From contig OZ271918.1 of NCBI GenBank assembly GCA_965602015.1, forward strand, positions 2,176,001 through 2,240,000: a stretch of DNA of 64,000 bases, written 5' to 3'. The stretch comes from Salinispira sp. (GTDB lineage: Bacteria; Spirochaetota; Spirochaetia; DSM-27196; Salinispiraceae). Positions within the stretch are counted from its first letter, which is position 1. Each line of letters starts with the position of its first letter. Shown here in pieces: positions 24,642-34,813 of the stretch. The position numbers were made by a program, and so were the translations under genes. Below the pieces are notes generated by a model, which saw only the letters and a list, made by a program, of their open reading frames with translations, searched no databases and was not told the DNA's origin.

Positions 24642-25017
24642 CGCCGGACTCCTGTGCCTGTTGAAAGTTGCGGGGCATTTCACAGGTTCCATTAAACAGG
24701 GCGCCGCTTTGGACGATCAAATCCGGAGTAGTAACCTTGCCGTTAAGCGATCCGGATTTAAACAGTTCGAGGCGGTCCCGGGCGCGAACATCGCCGGATA
24801 CCGAGCCCTTTATGCTCACAAGGGGTGCGTCGATTTGAGTGTCCATCCTTGCCTGCTCGCCGATGTAGACATTGCTGCCGCTGTTCACCGATCCGCTGAC
24901 CTGGCCCTTTATGAGAATGGGATCGGTCAAATTCATTTCGCCCTCGAACTCCACGTCGTCGGCGATGACTGTCTCCAGGTTTCCTTCATCTATTGTTCGA
25001 ATTCGTAAATCGGACAT
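24634..25017 (-). CDS. Bactofilin (polymer-forming cytoskeletal protein)
   Basis: TVIADDVEFEG, IKGQVSG, IKGSVSGDV, LIVQSGALFNG beta-helix repeats. Confidence 0.9.
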   Translation of the reverse strand: MSDLRIRTIDEGNLETVIADDVEFEGEMNLTDPILIKGQVSGSVNSGSNVYIGEQARMDTQIDAPLVSIKGSVSGDVRARDRLELFKSGSLNGKVTTPDLIVQSGALFNGTCEMPRNFQQAQESGDE

Positions 25018-25050
25018 TATTCCTCCGTAACTGTACGTTCCAAAATACTA

Positions 25051-25785
25051 CTATGGAGTTTCCTGACTATCCAAGAGCCGGATCATTGATTCGAAGTTCT
25101 CGGACATTTGACGCCGGATCTCCACGGTATAGGGGTTGAATCTTTGAAGGTCGAGGAAGAGTTGCCAGGGGTCGTTGCAGGTCTGTTCCATCACTTCGAA
25201 GATTTTATGATACCCGACGGTGCCGATATCCGATCGGCTCAAATCAAGATGGGACAGAAAGCGCCCAATAAAATGGGTAATTCCCTGAGTTCGGGCCGCC
25301 TCGTGGTCATGCTCATCGGCAGTCATTTCAATGACCCGGAGACCAGCGGAGCTAAACAGTGATTTCCAACGCTGGACGGTTTGCTCTTTGCACCTCCAGG
25401 GAGTGATCACCAGGGGGAGTCCATCACTACCCTCCACCGCGGAATCCGGTCCGAACATCGGGTGAGTTCCCAAGATTTCCTGTTCCGGCGGGAGGCACTT
25501 TTCCAGCTGACGGAGGGGGTAGAGCTTTACCGAGCAGGTGTCCACAACTGCGGTATGTGCAGACAAGAGAGGCGCGATCTCCCGGGCCACCTCGGGGATG
25601 GAGGAAATGGCCGTGGTAAGAAACAGCACATCGCAGCTGCATAGGGCTTCCAGGGTTGCAAGGGGGATGTCAGGGTCGATTTTACGGGTTGAGCGGTTGT
25701 ACGCGATGATTTCCAAGCCCTGATTTATGAGTAATTTTGCCCAAAACTGGCCAAAACGCCCCATGCCGTACACTCCGATTTTCAT
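25051..25785 (-). CDS. tyrA: Prephenate/arogenate dehydrogenase
   Basis: GMGRFG, DTCSVK, THPMFGP, EHD..AARTQGITH. Confidence 0.9.
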   Translation of the reverse strand: MKIGVYGMGRFGQFWAKLLINQGLEIIAYNRSTRKIDPDIPLATLEALCSCDVLFLTTAISSIPEVAREIAPLLSAHTAVVDTCSVKLYPLRQLEKCLPPEQEILGTHPMFGPDSAVEGSDGLPLVITPWRCKEQTVQRWKSLFSSAGLRVIEMTADEHDHEAARTQGITHFIGRFLSHLDLSRSDIGTVGYHKIFEVMEQTCNDPWQLFLDLQRFNPYTVEIRRQMSENFESMIRLLDSQETP

Positions 25786-25871
25786 AGGAGCACTATATCA
25801 ACGAAAAAAGGAGTGTGGTAGTATATAGCTCCAAAAAAATATTCACGAATCCAGACTGACAGGAAGGCCAT

Positions 25872-26867
25872 ATGACGTTTGTTGAACAGATGCACCAAAT
25901 CGCCCGGAGTATGAAGAAGCGGCTTGTTTTACCCGAAGGGACCGAAGCGCGGACGGTTCAGGCCGCCCGGCTTATTATAGATGGGGAAATAGCCACCGAA
26001 GTGACGCTGTTGGGAAAGGTAGACGAGATACGCGCAAAGGCTAAAGAGCTTGCGATTGATCTGACGGGTATAACCATCACCGACCCCGCAGAATCTCCAC
26101 GCAGGCAGGCGTACGGGAAGGAATACTACGAGCTTCGAAAGCACAAGGGGATGACAGCAGAACAGGCCTATGCGGACATGGACCATCAGCTTCGATTCGG
26201 CTGCATGATGGTACGCACCGGCGACGCCGACGCCATGGTAGCCGGAGCGGAAAACACCACCGGCGACGTGCTCAAGGCAGCCTTTACCATCATAAAAACC
26301 AAACCGGGAATAAAGTCCGCATCCTCCTGCTTTGTTATGATCCTCGACGATACCCAATGGGGCGCTGAAGGAAAGATGATCTTCAGCGACTGCGCAACCA
26401 TTCCCAATCCGACGGCCGAACAGCTCGCGGAAATCGCTGCAGCAGCTGCCGAAAGCTGCAAAACCTTCCTCAAGGCCGAACCAAAGGTCGCAATGCTGAG
26501 TTTCAGCACCAAGGGAAGCGCCTCCACCGAGGAGACCGAGAAGGTGGTAAGGGCTACCGAACTGGTGAAATCCGCCCACCCGGACCTGCTGGTTGACGGA
26601 GAAATGCAGCTGGACGCCGCGATAGTTCAATCGGTAGGCGAGAAAAAAGCCCCGGGATCGCCGGTTGCAGGCCAAGCCAACACCCTGATATTCCCCGATC
26701 TTCAGGCGGGTAATATCGGCTACAAACTGGTGCAGCGTCTGGCGGGGGCTGAAGCAATCGGGCCAATACTCCAGGGTTTCGCAAAACCGGTCAGCGACCT
26801 CTCCAGGGGATGTTCCGTCGAGGATATCGTCAACACCGCCGCCCTGACCATCAGTCAGTGCGGGTAA
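25872..26867 (+). CDS. pta: Phosphate acetyltransferase
   Basis: LVLPEG, FSDCA, MLSFST, DGEMQLDAA, GNIGYKL, DLSRGC. Confidence 0.97.
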   Translation: MTFVEQMHQIARSMKKRLVLPEGTEARTVQAARLIIDGEIATEVTLLGKVDEIRAKAKELAIDLTGITITDPAESPRRQAYGKEYYELRKHKGMTAEQAYADMDHQLRFGCMMVRTGDADAMVAGAENTTGDVLKAAFTIIKTKPGIKSASSCFVMILDDTQWGAEGKMIFSDCATIPNPTAEQLAEIAAAAAESCKTFLKAEPKVAMLSFSTKGSASTEETEKVVRATELVKSAHPDLLVDGEMQLDAAIVQSVGEKKAPGSPVAGQANTLIFPDLQAGNIGYKLVQRLAGAEAIGPILQGFAKPVSDLSRGCSVEDIVNTAALTISQCG

Positions 26868-26897
26868 TTCGCCCAGCATCATTCAAATGGGGAGCAT

Positions 26898-27653
26898 ATG
26901 AAAATCGCAATAGTGGGCTACGGAAAAATGGGCCGGGAAGTGGAAGCGGCCGCGGCGGAACGGGGACACGGGGTATTTTCTACGGTTGACCCCTCAAGCG
27001 GCGAATACCGCAGCATGCAACGGGAAGCCATTGAGGGCGCCGACGGCATTATCGAGTTCGGCCTGCCCGAAGGCATTATCGAACGCATCACCCTGGCCGC
27101 CGAACACCGGGTTCCCATGATTGTGGGTACTACCGGATGGCAGGAACAGCTTCAAGAGGCCGAGAACGTCGTGAAGGCTCGGAAGGCAGCCCTGCTCTAC
27201 GGGTCGAATTTCAGCATCGGCGCGAATTTGTTTTTTCGATTGGTGAGCGCAGCCGCTGAGATGATAAATCCCTTTGAAGACTATGATGTAATGCTCGCCG
27301 AATATCACCATAAAAATAAAAGCGACAGCCCGTCGGGGACTGCGCTGAGCCTGGCCGGTCGGATTATTGACGCCAGCACGCGGAAAGAAAAAATCGTCAT
27401 CGATCCGCTGCAGCGGCGCATTGAGGACAATGAACTGCATGTTGCCAGCGTTCGCGGCGGCTCGATTCCCGGTATCCACCAGGTAACAATCGACAGCCCG
27501 TCTGACAGCATTGAGCTGACGCATAGCGCCAGAAATCGCCGGGGATTCGCCGTGGGCGCTGTGAGAGCCCTGGAATGGCTGATCGGAAGAACCGGATTTT
27601 ACTCCGCCGATGATTTTTTTGACGATCTTCTCACCGGGACAGATATTAGCTAA
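26898..27653 (+). CDS. dapB: 4-hydroxy-tetrahydrodipicolinate reductase
   Basis: GYGKMG, GTTG, NFSIG, EYHHKNKSDSPSGTA, GFAVGA. Confidence 0.95.
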   Translation: MKIAIVGYGKMGREVEAAAAERGHGVFSTVDPSSGEYRSMQREAIEGADGIIEFGLPEGIIERITLAAEHRVPMIVGTTGWQEQLQEAENVVKARKAALLYGSNFSIGANLFFRLVSAAAEMINPFEDYDVMLAEYHHKNKSDSPSGTALSLAGRIIDASTRKEKIVIDPLQRRIEDNELHVASVRGGSIPGIHQVTIDSPSDSIELTHSARNRRGFAVGAVRALEWLIGRTGFYSADDFFDDLLTGTDIS

Positions 27654-27686
27654 GGAACGCCGCCACCAGGCTGTCAGGAGGAACCA

Positions 27687-28565
27687 ATGTTCAAGGGCAT
27701 ATACACTGCAATGATCACACCGTTTAACGAAGACCTCAGCATCGACGAAGATGCCCTGAGAAAACTGGTTGACGAGCAGATTCGGGCGGGGGTAGACGGA
27801 CTGGTTCCCATGGGAACCACCGGTGAAAGCCCAACGGTGACCCATGAGGAAAATATCGAGGTCATTAAAATAGTGGTTCAGGAAGCCGGCGGCAGGGTTC
27901 CGGTCATCGCCGGCACCGGCTCCAACTCAACCGCCGAAGCGGTGGACATGACCATCAAGGCAAAAGAATTGGGCGCTGATGCAAGCCTTCAGGTGGCACC
28001 GTATTACAACAAGCCCAGTCAGGAAGGATTTTACCGGCACTTCAGCGAAGTTGCCCTCAAGGGCGGACTCCCGGTTCTGGTGTATAACATACCCGGGCGC
28101 ACCGGAAAAAACATCAGCGCTGAGACCATACTCCGCCTGGCCGAACACCCGGGCATTGTCGGGGTAAAGGAAGCCAGCGGCGATCTCGCCCAACTCATGG
28201 AAATCGTCAGCGCTGCCGGAGAGGATTTTAGCATTCTCTCGGGTGACGACAATATCACCCTGCCGGTGATGGCCCTGGGAGGACACGGGGTGGTATCCGT
28301 TGCCAGCAATCTCATTCCCGACCAGATGCTCCGCCTGACCAGACTGTGCGCCGAGGGGCGAATCGCAGAAGCCAGAAAACTTCATTACCGGCTGGCACCT
28401 TTATTCAAAGCGCTGTTCCTGGACACCAACCCAATCCCGGTGAAATATGCCTACGGAATGCTTCACGGACACATTGCCAGGTACCGACTGCCGCTATGCG
28501 AGCCCGAGGCTGAGACCGGCAGGGCGATCGGTGAGGTATTAAAAGACCTAAAACTTCTGTCATAG
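27687..28565 (+). CDS. dapA: 4-hydroxy-tetrahydrodipicolinate synthase
   Basis: GTTGESPT, PYYNKPSQEG, YNIPGRT, GVKEASG, NPIPVK. Confidence 0.97.
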   Translation: MFKGIYTAMITPFNEDLSIDEDALRKLVDEQIRAGVDGLVPMGTTGESPTVTHEENIEVIKIVVQEAGGRVPVIAGTGSNSTAEAVDMTIKAKELGADASLQVAPYYNKPSQEGFYRHFSEVALKGGLPVLVYNIPGRTGKNISAETILRLAEHPGIVGVKEASGDLAQLMEIVSAAGEDFSILSGDDNITLPVMALGGHGVVSVASNLIPDQMLRLTRLCAEGRIAEARKLHYRLAPLFKALFLDTNPIPVKYAYGMLHGHIARYRLPLCEPEAETGRAIGEVLKDLKLLS

Positions 28566-28636
28566 AGATACCGACAAAAGGGCATCCGGCGAAGCCTTGC
28601 GGCAGCTCCGCAGAGCTCCCTTCGAGTCCCTTAGTC

Positions 28637-29521
28637 TTAACAGTTTGAAATTAGCGAGGCGATTATTCTGCGCATGGATTCCGGGGAGAGGGTTTCAGCC
28701 CGTGCCGTAGGTTCTATTCCCGCTGCGCGTAACGCCGAACGGTAGTCGTCAGCTGTGGGTCTGTCCGCGGCTTTTTTTATATTGTTGTGGAGGGTTTTCC
28801 GCCGAGAAGCGAAAAAAAGCCTCAGGCTGCTGTCGAGGAGCTCCATTTCTCCGGCTCGGGGAAATGGCGCGGCGGCGCTTTCTTCTGGTGCACGGGGAAG
28901 CAGTCTGACTATTCCGCTTTGTACCTCCGGCGCGGGGTAAAATGCCTGGGCCGGAATGACCCCGTGGTTTTCCGCATCCATGGCGTACTGACACAGTATG
29001 GAAAAACTTCCGTACTCCGGGTCGCCGGGCTTTGCGCATATCCGTTCAACAACTTCACGCTGGAGAGTGAAAACCATCGGCGTATTATACAACCCACCGG
29101 TTATCAGCCGGGCTATTATTGCCGACCCCACATTATAGGGCAGATTTCCCGCAATAAGCGCCGGCTGGTGATCTTGAGAAAAGAGGGTTTTTTTGGCGTC
29201 GCCTTCGACGATGGTAATTCTTTCCTCGATAAGCTCAACGGCAAATAATTCTTCAAGAGCCGAAACAAAGCCCCTGTCGATTTCGAAGACACGGACCAGG
29301 GCACCGGCGTCGACCAGTCCCCGGGTGATGGCACCCATGCCCGGACCAATTTCCCAAACCTGTTTATTCGAAATACCGGGACTGACGCCTTCAATGAGAT
29401 TGAGAATACGCTGCCGATGGGAGGGATTGATCATGAAATTCTGACCGAATTTCTTCTGCATTCCCATACTGCGCGATTCAAGAAATGCCCGAATATCCCT
29501 CACCGAATCGTAATTGAACAT
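28637..29521 (-). CDS. rsmA: 16S rRNA m6,2A dimethyltransferase (KsgA)
   Basis: KKFGQNF, EIGPGMG, GNLPYN, QREV, FYPAPEVQS, RRKTL. Confidence 0.95.
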   Translation of the reverse strand: MFNYDSVRDIRAFLESRSMGMQKKFGQNFMINPSHRQRILNLIEGVSPGISNKQVWEIGPGMGAITRGLVDAGALVRVFEIDRGFVSALEELFAVELIEERITIVEGDAKKTLFSQDHQPALIAGNLPYNVGSAIIARLITGGLYNTPMVFTLQREVVERICAKPGDPEYGSFSILCQYAMDAENHGVIPAQAFYPAPEVQSGIVRLLPRAPEESAAAPFPRAGEMELLDSSLRLFFASRRKTLHNNIKKAADRPTADDYRSALRAAGIEPTARAETLSPESMRRIIASLISNC

Positions 29522-31082
29522 GTCCTGAGGATAGCAGAAGGCCGGACCGTCGGCAATAAAGGATCCAGCAGATCAATCCCCCAAGACAGGTTACGGCGGT
29601 CAGCCATGAGAACAGATAGTTGGCGGCAATGCGGTCGCCCAGGAATGCAAAGGGACGGCTTATGGCCTCAAGGAATCTGATGCTGTACTCCAGGGCCCAT
29701 TCGAGAACATGATGAACAGCGGTGAGCCGGGCGAAAACGATCAGCATAAACAGCAGCGCGGCGCACAGAGCCGCGCATGCATAAAACGGAATGATGACAA
29801 TGGGAAGGGCAATAATTCCCTGAGGAGCTATTGAGCCAAAAAACACCAGGCTCAAGGGCATGACGGCAAGACTGGCGGCCGCGGAAGGAATAAATGCCCC
29901 GGCCACAGCCTTTAGCCATTTCGACGGAAGCCCGGCATTTCCCATGTAGTAATTGATCCGATGGATGAGCAGTACCAGGGGCATCCTGAGGAAAACCAGA
30001 CCCCAAATCGCTGCAAACGATAGAAATGCCCCTAGCTGACGTGCGGATTCCGGGGAGGCAAGCAATAACAGATTCCACAGCAACGCGAGCTGGTGAGATC
30101 GGTTCAGCGTCCAGCTGCTGAGCTTGATGAGGCTGTAGAGGGCAATAGCCAGGGATGCACGCAGGGCTGAAGCACCGGGAGAGACCAGGGCAATAAAAAC
30201 CCATATAAAGGAGTTTGATAGAATCTCGCGAACAGCCGGGCCAAGGAAACCCGGCAGGAATTTTTGACACATGAAATAGAGAATTCCCAAATGAAACCCG
30301 CTGAGCACAAATAGGTGCATAAGACCCGAGCGGCGATACAGCTCTGAAACCCCTGCCCCCATTGACGAACGGTCACCCAGCAGGAGGGCGTTGATATATG
30401 ACTGAGTTTTTACCCCGAGATGAGCCAGCGCCTCCCGGCTGCGCTCACGAATGGAAGCCCGCAGCTCGGCAATGAATGGTGCGGGTAGGCGAAGAATGTC
30501 CCTGTTGGCATCGTACTGTATGAGCTCCGTCTCTCCTGCTGACTCAGACCCGTACACGGGTCTTACAGTCTCAAGGGCAACAGGCAGGCTGAGAATCTGT
30601 CCCCGGTAGTACACCCCGTCCGGTAGATAAAAAACATGGCCACCGTCAAGGTCGAGGAATACTCCCCGTGAATCCTCGCAGCGGAGTAATTTTACCGTAA
30701 GAATCGTACCCCCCGACATGCCCCGGCGGGTGTCCGCAGAAACTCTGGCGAGGACCCTGACGGAATCCCGATCAAAAAGCGACGCCACGGTAGAACCGAA
30801 GTACCTGTGCCGGGAAGTTGATGATGGCTCATGGGGGATAAGCCCGGCAGGCTGCAAAAACGGACTGACCCTGATCAGGAGGACGAAGAGAGTGAGGAGT
30901 AAGAGAATCGGCATGCCGGGACGGGAGTAATTCCGGCGTCCAATGGATGATTGCTGCGTGTCGGCGGTAAAAAAAAATCGGACGGCGTGCCCGAGGATTC
31001 CCAGGATTCCCAGCAGCCCGACAAGGGCGTACAGGGGCGTCTGACTCAGTATTAAACAGCTAAAGACCGCCGCTACAAACAA
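29478..31082 (-). CDS. comEC: ComEC/Rec2 family competence membrane protein (start uncertain)
   Basis: ALLLGD, GLMHLFVLSGFHLG, SALRA, LSFAAIWG. Confidence 0.8.
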   Translation of the reverse strand: MFVAAVFSCLILSQTPLYALVGLLGILGILGHAVRFFFTADTQQSSIGRRNYSRPGMPILLLLTLFVLLIRVSPFLQPAGLIPHEPSSTSRHRYFGSTVASLFDRDSVRVLARVSADTRRGMSGGTILTVKLLRCEDSRGVFLDLDGGHVFYLPDGVYYRGQILSLPVALETVRPVYGSESAGETELIQYDANRDILRLPAPFIAELRASIRERSREALAHLGVKTQSYINALLLGDRSSMGAGVSELYRRSGLMHLFVLSGFHLGILYFMCQKFLPGFLGPAVREILSNSFIWVFIALVSPGASALRASLAIALYSLIKLSSWTLNRSHQLALLWNLLLLASPESARQLGAFLSFAAIWGLVFLRMPLVLLIHRINYYMGNAGLPSKWLKAVAGAFIPSAAASLAVMPLSLVFFGSIAPQGIIALPIVIIPFYACAALCAALLFMLIVFARLTAVHHVLEWALEYSIRFLEAISRPFAFLGDRIAANYLFSWLTAVTCLGGLICWILYCRRSGLLLSSGHVQLRFGEGYSGIS

Positions 31083-31107
31083 AAAACCCTCCCGGCAGGG
31101 AGGGTTT
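31081..31107 (-). terminator. Intrinsic terminator
   Basis: CCCTCCC/GGGAGGG stem plus U6 on the minus strand. Confidence 0.75.
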
Positions 31108-31142
31108 GTAACCGTCAGGCAATATCTGCCGGGCAGCCAGTC

Positions 31143-32336
31143 TTATTGGCTGACCGCTTCGAGAGCTTCCTGCGCCGCAGCCTGTACCCCGCTCGAATAG
31201 TTCAGAATAGTAACCATAAAAAGGGGTTGATATGCTTCGACCTTGCCCAAAATTCGCAAATTATTAATTACCGCCAGGGTTATTTGACGGTCAAAGGGCC
31301 GGTCTAATTCCGTGTAGGTATTGATGAGATCGAGAAATTCCGCAAGGCGGATTGCCGCGTCTACCGAATCGGTGCGTCCCAATGCGGCGATGGCCTCGAG
31401 AACAAGGCCGATATCCGATGTGCCTCTGTCGTAGGACTGGATGGCCGCATTAAAGTGCCGGATGAGGGCAGGAGCGTATTCCTCCTGGGGATTCTCCGAG
31501 AGCACCCGAACGGCGTCCATGCGGATGCTGTCGAGAATAATCCGCTCTTCTATATTGTTCGGCCGGGTGGAAAGAACGTCGTTGAGCACGTCGAAGGAAA
31601 CCTGCTGTATGATATCGTCGAACTCATTGCGGTTAAGGTATAGGGTGAACAGTTCGCGTTTGAACACCGGCTGGTTTTCGGCGATCAGTTCGGCGAGCAT
31701 TTCGGCGCGATTCTCGTACTGACTGATACCGGCAAGAGCCGCAGCCGTAATTTCCGCCGAATACTGTGCCAGGACCGTTTCGACGAGAATGGGATAAACA
31801 ACAGGGTCGGCAAGCGCGCTGAGGGCGCGGACGGCGGCGAGAACAACCTGGAAATCCGGCCGGGTACCGGCCTGCTTGCTGATGTTTTGCCCGTCGAGCC
31901 AATCGGTCAAATCAATGGCTAATTGCTCATCCCCCTGCCCGACTGCAGCGATGGTTTCAAGTACGTCTATGCGCCAAAATGTCTCATTCACATCGGAAAA
32001 GAGGGCCCAAAGCAGATCGTTCAGACCGGTAAAACCGCCCTCCCGAACCCGGGGAAGGCTGAGCACCGCCATCTCCCTAATCTGGGTGTTTGAGAGAATT
32101 TCACCGCTGTTGTTTACAACATAACGCAGGACTTGCTCGTAGAAACCTTCGAGATCGGCGATATCGACTTCCAAGGTAGACTGCACGACTTCGAGTTTAC
32201 CGACATCGTCGACCCGGTCAAAGGAATCGACAAACGCCTGAATTTGGGGGGAAAGCTGGGCGTCTTCCTGGGCGTATAGCCCGACGCTGATGATGATAAA
32301 AACGAGAAGCATACCCCTGAGGCAAAGAGTCTTCAT
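31143..32336 (-). CDS. Exported HEAT-repeat protein
   Basis: Signal peptide; VVLAAVRALSALAD and LVLEAIAALGRT repeats; GGAGG RBS. Confidence 0.7.
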   Translation of the reverse strand: MKTLCLRGMLLVFIIISVGLYAQEDAQLSPQIQAFVDSFDRVDDVGKLEVVQSTLEVDIADLEGFYEQVLRYVVNNSGEILSNTQIREMAVLSLPRVREGGFTGLNDLLWALFSDVNETFWRIDVLETIAAVGQGDEQLAIDLTDWLDGQNISKQAGTRPDFQVVLAAVRALSALADPVVYPILVETVLAQYSAEITAAALAGISQYENRAEMLAELIAENQPVFKRELFTLYLNRNEFDDIIQQVSFDVLNDVLSTRPNNIEERIILDSIRMDAVRVLSENPQEEYAPALIRHFNAAIQSYDRGTSDIGLVLEAIAALGRTDSVDAAIRLAEFLDLINTYTELDRPFDRQITLAVINNLRILGKVEAYQPLFMVTILNYSSGVQAAAQEALEAVSQ

Positions 32337-32396
32337 GAATTCCTCCAATCTATGTGCAATACTACTAACTCCGCAGTCGTTTTGCAACGAAATAGC

Positions 32397-33398
32397 TTAT
32401 TTATCGTCCTTAAAAATACCATAGACATAGGTGAGAATGCGGTTTTTCATAGCGCTGCTGGGAGGCACGGCTTCGATGTGCAGAACAGAGACATTCTTTG
32501 AATCGCGGTAGGTTACATCCTTGACGATGCCGCAGAGCACGACTGTCTGATCGCCAAGGTCGGTCTGAACCTTGACCGGCATGCCCGCCTTGGCCCGGCC
32601 GCCGACCATGACCGCCGCCCCGCTTTCCGAAATATCCACCATTTTGCAGCGGTAGCCGCCCCGGTCGGCGGTTTGCTCATTAGCCTGCTCTATGCTGCGA
32701 AGCTTGAACAACGCCCCGTTCTGATTGAGGTCTATCCGAACGCTGTTCCGCTTCTGAGCCCTGATGAGATTTTCCGAATGCTTGATGTGCAGGATGGGAT
32801 ACTGTTTTTCCGCATAATCTCCGAGTACGCTGGTCTCAAAAAAATAGCCGGCATCTTCCTTCCTCCAGAAGTAGACCTTGATTTTCTGGCCTCTCCAGCT
32901 GAAGCCCGGGGGCAGGGATTTCCCCTGAGGATAGGCAATGGCCAGGTAACGGCGGAGATTTTCCACTATTTTTGATATGTAGATTCCGGCGCCGGGCAGA
33001 ACGATTTTTATATACTGATTCGCAACCATATTCCTGCTGGTGCTAATGCCCCGGGTGTATTTAGGATTGTTGAACTCAACCCGCTTGCGAAAATCAAACA
33101 GTCTTGAGAGAAAATCGATGGTATCCGGATCTCCGCTGAGATTTTTGCTGCGATTGCGGATGATCACCCCACGTATACAGCGGTCAAGGGTGGGAACGGA
33201 CCAAAACAGGGAGGATGGACTTTTTAGCTTAGTCTGGACCGCTACTTTTCGAAGGAGATTAATCTCAGAGAACGCAAAGCCCGCTTCTTTGCCCTTGACA
33301 TAAAAATCCATCCAGGGAAATCCGACGCCGCCGGATTTTTGCAGCACCAGGAGGCCGACAATGAGGAGGACAAGGAGTGCAATAAAAAAATAGACCAT
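32397..33398 (-). CDS. PilZ-domain flagellar-brake-like protein with N-terminal TM segment
   Basis: QKRNSVR (RxxxR) and DISESG (DxSxxG) c-di-GMP motifs. Confidence 0.85.
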   Translation of the reverse strand: MVYFFIALLVLLIVGLLVLQKSGGVGFPWMDFYVKGKEAGFAFSEINLLRKVAVQTKLKSPSSLFWSVPTLDRCIRGVIIRNRSKNLSGDPDTIDFLSRLFDFRKRVEFNNPKYTRGISTSRNMVANQYIKIVLPGAGIYISKIVENLRRYLAIAYPQGKSLPPGFSWRGQKIKVYFWRKEDAGYFFETSVLGDYAEKQYPILHIKHSENLIRAQKRNSVRIDLNQNGALFKLRSIEQANEQTADRGGYRCKMVDISESGAAVMVGGRAKAGMPVKVQTDLGDQTVVLCGIVKDVTYRDSKNVSVLHIEAVPPSSAMKNRILTYVYGIFKDDK

Positions 33399-33466
33399 AC
33401 CAACTCCGATTATCGGCAGAAATACGTTACAGATGAAGGTCCGCCCTTCATATATTATAGTATACC

Positions 33467-34114
33467 GTGACCATTTTAATAGGAATAGCCAATTTGAACC
33501 GGGAAAACAACCGCCAAAGCCTGCTCAGCGCCTTGATTGTCGTCGTATCATTTTATGTGCTCGATTACCTCATTGCGGGTTTTTTCATGATAAGCGACGC
33601 GGGAACCTGGATTATCCTGCCGGTTCAGGCGATCAAACTGCTGATCCTGATAGTGGCGTTCACGAGATCAGGATTTTCCCTCCAGGACCGCGATCGGCCC
33701 TTTTTGCGGGGTGATATGCCCGTGGCGGTGGTTGTCACCGGACTTTTATTCATCCTGAACGCTTTGTCATCCCTTCTGCCGTCGGGGGGAACAGGACCCG
33801 CGGGCCTGGCACGGCCGCTTTTTGTCCTGATAATTTCCATGAGCCTGGCTGCGCTCAATGAGGAATTACTGTTTCGCGGGTATCTGCTTCAGGCCCTGGA
33901 ACGATTCGGAACTACCCGCAGGGCTTCGGTGCTTATCTCTGCAGCCCTTTTCAGTGCCGGCCATATATACCTGGGAGTGGCGGGGACGGTTTTCTCCTTC
34001 TCCGCCGCCCTGGTGCTCGCCGGTGCATACCAGATAAGCGGCGGGATCCGCGCGGGTCTATTGGCCCATCTGGTATATAATTTTGGAATTCTCGCAGCCC
34101 ACGGGTATATTTAA
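33467..34114 (+). CDS. CPBP (CAAX/Abi) intramembrane metalloprotease
   Basis: EELLFRG, FSAGH, HLVYN. Confidence 0.88.
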   Translation: MTILIGIANLNRENNRQSLLSALIVVVSFYVLDYLIAGFFMISDAGTWIILPVQAIKLLILIVAFTRSGFSLQDRDRPFLRGDMPVAVVVTGLLFILNALSSLLPSGGTGPAGLARPLFVLIISMSLAALNEELLFRGYLLQALERFGTTRRASVLISAALFSAGHIYLGVAGTVFSFSAALVLAGAYQISGGIRAGLLAHLVYNFGILAAHGYI

Positions 34115-34184
34115 CTGGGCGCAGGTCCAGATAAGCGCTATATTCCGGTTAATATACCAGATTATTTTATATATGGAGATCTAT

Positions 34185-34802
34185 ATGAAGAGAATTGCAA
34201 TCTTCCTTATTGTATACATACTGTTTTCCGCTGTCTTATTTGCCGGAGGATCAGCTGAGAATCCGGGTCAGGAGAATACCGGTGTTCAGGCCTCATCGGA
34301 CACCGCTTTGGAAGGCAGTGCAGGCAGCGTGGCAAACCGGGAGGAAGCCCTGGATGCCTTGAGATCCATCGGGATGACCGTTTTTGAAGAGGAAGTGGAG
34401 GCTCCGGATTTTTCACTTCCGCTAATGTCGGGCGAGCAGGCCAGCCTCGCCGACTACCGCGGCAAGGTGGTGTTCCTCAATTTCTGGGCAACCTGGTGCG
34501 GCCCCTGCAGGGTTGAAATGCCCTCAATGCAGGATCTCTACGCCGATCTGCGAAGCGAAGACTTTGTTATTCTTGCGATTAACCAACTCGAAGACCCGGA
34601 TATCGTCGATGATTTTCTTCAAGAGGAAGGATATACATTTCCGGTTCTCCTGGATGACGGGCAGGTGAGCTTTCAGTACGGCGTTCGGGGCATTCCCACC
34701 ACCTATATTATCGGGCCCGACGGCCTGGTGATCGCCGGAAAGGTTGGAACCCACATCTACGACGGCCGCATTTACCGCGAAATGTTCCGTGCCCTGATGT
34801 AG
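34185..34802 (+). CDS. TlpA/ResA-like thiol-disulfide oxidoreductase
   Basis: LNFWATWCGPCRVEMP, YGVRGIPT; spirochaetal signal LFAGGSAE. Confidence 0.92.
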   Translation: MKRIAIFLIVYILFSAVLFAGGSAENPGQENTGVQASSDTALEGSAGSVANREEALDALRSIGMTVFEEEVEAPDFSLPLMSGEQASLADYRGKVVFLNFWATWCGPCRVEMPSMQDLYADLRSEDFVILAINQLEDPDIVDDFLQEEGYTFPVLLDDGQVSFQYGVRGIPTTYIIGPDGLVIAGKVGTHIYDGRIYREMFRALM

Positions 34803-34813
34803 GATACTAAAAA

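Noticed and set aside
25929..27845. Long antisense ORFs over pta and dapB (similar ones over dnaE, ligA and the oxidoreductase)
   Set aside because: Shadow frames typical of GC-rich codon usage, with no recognisable motifs.
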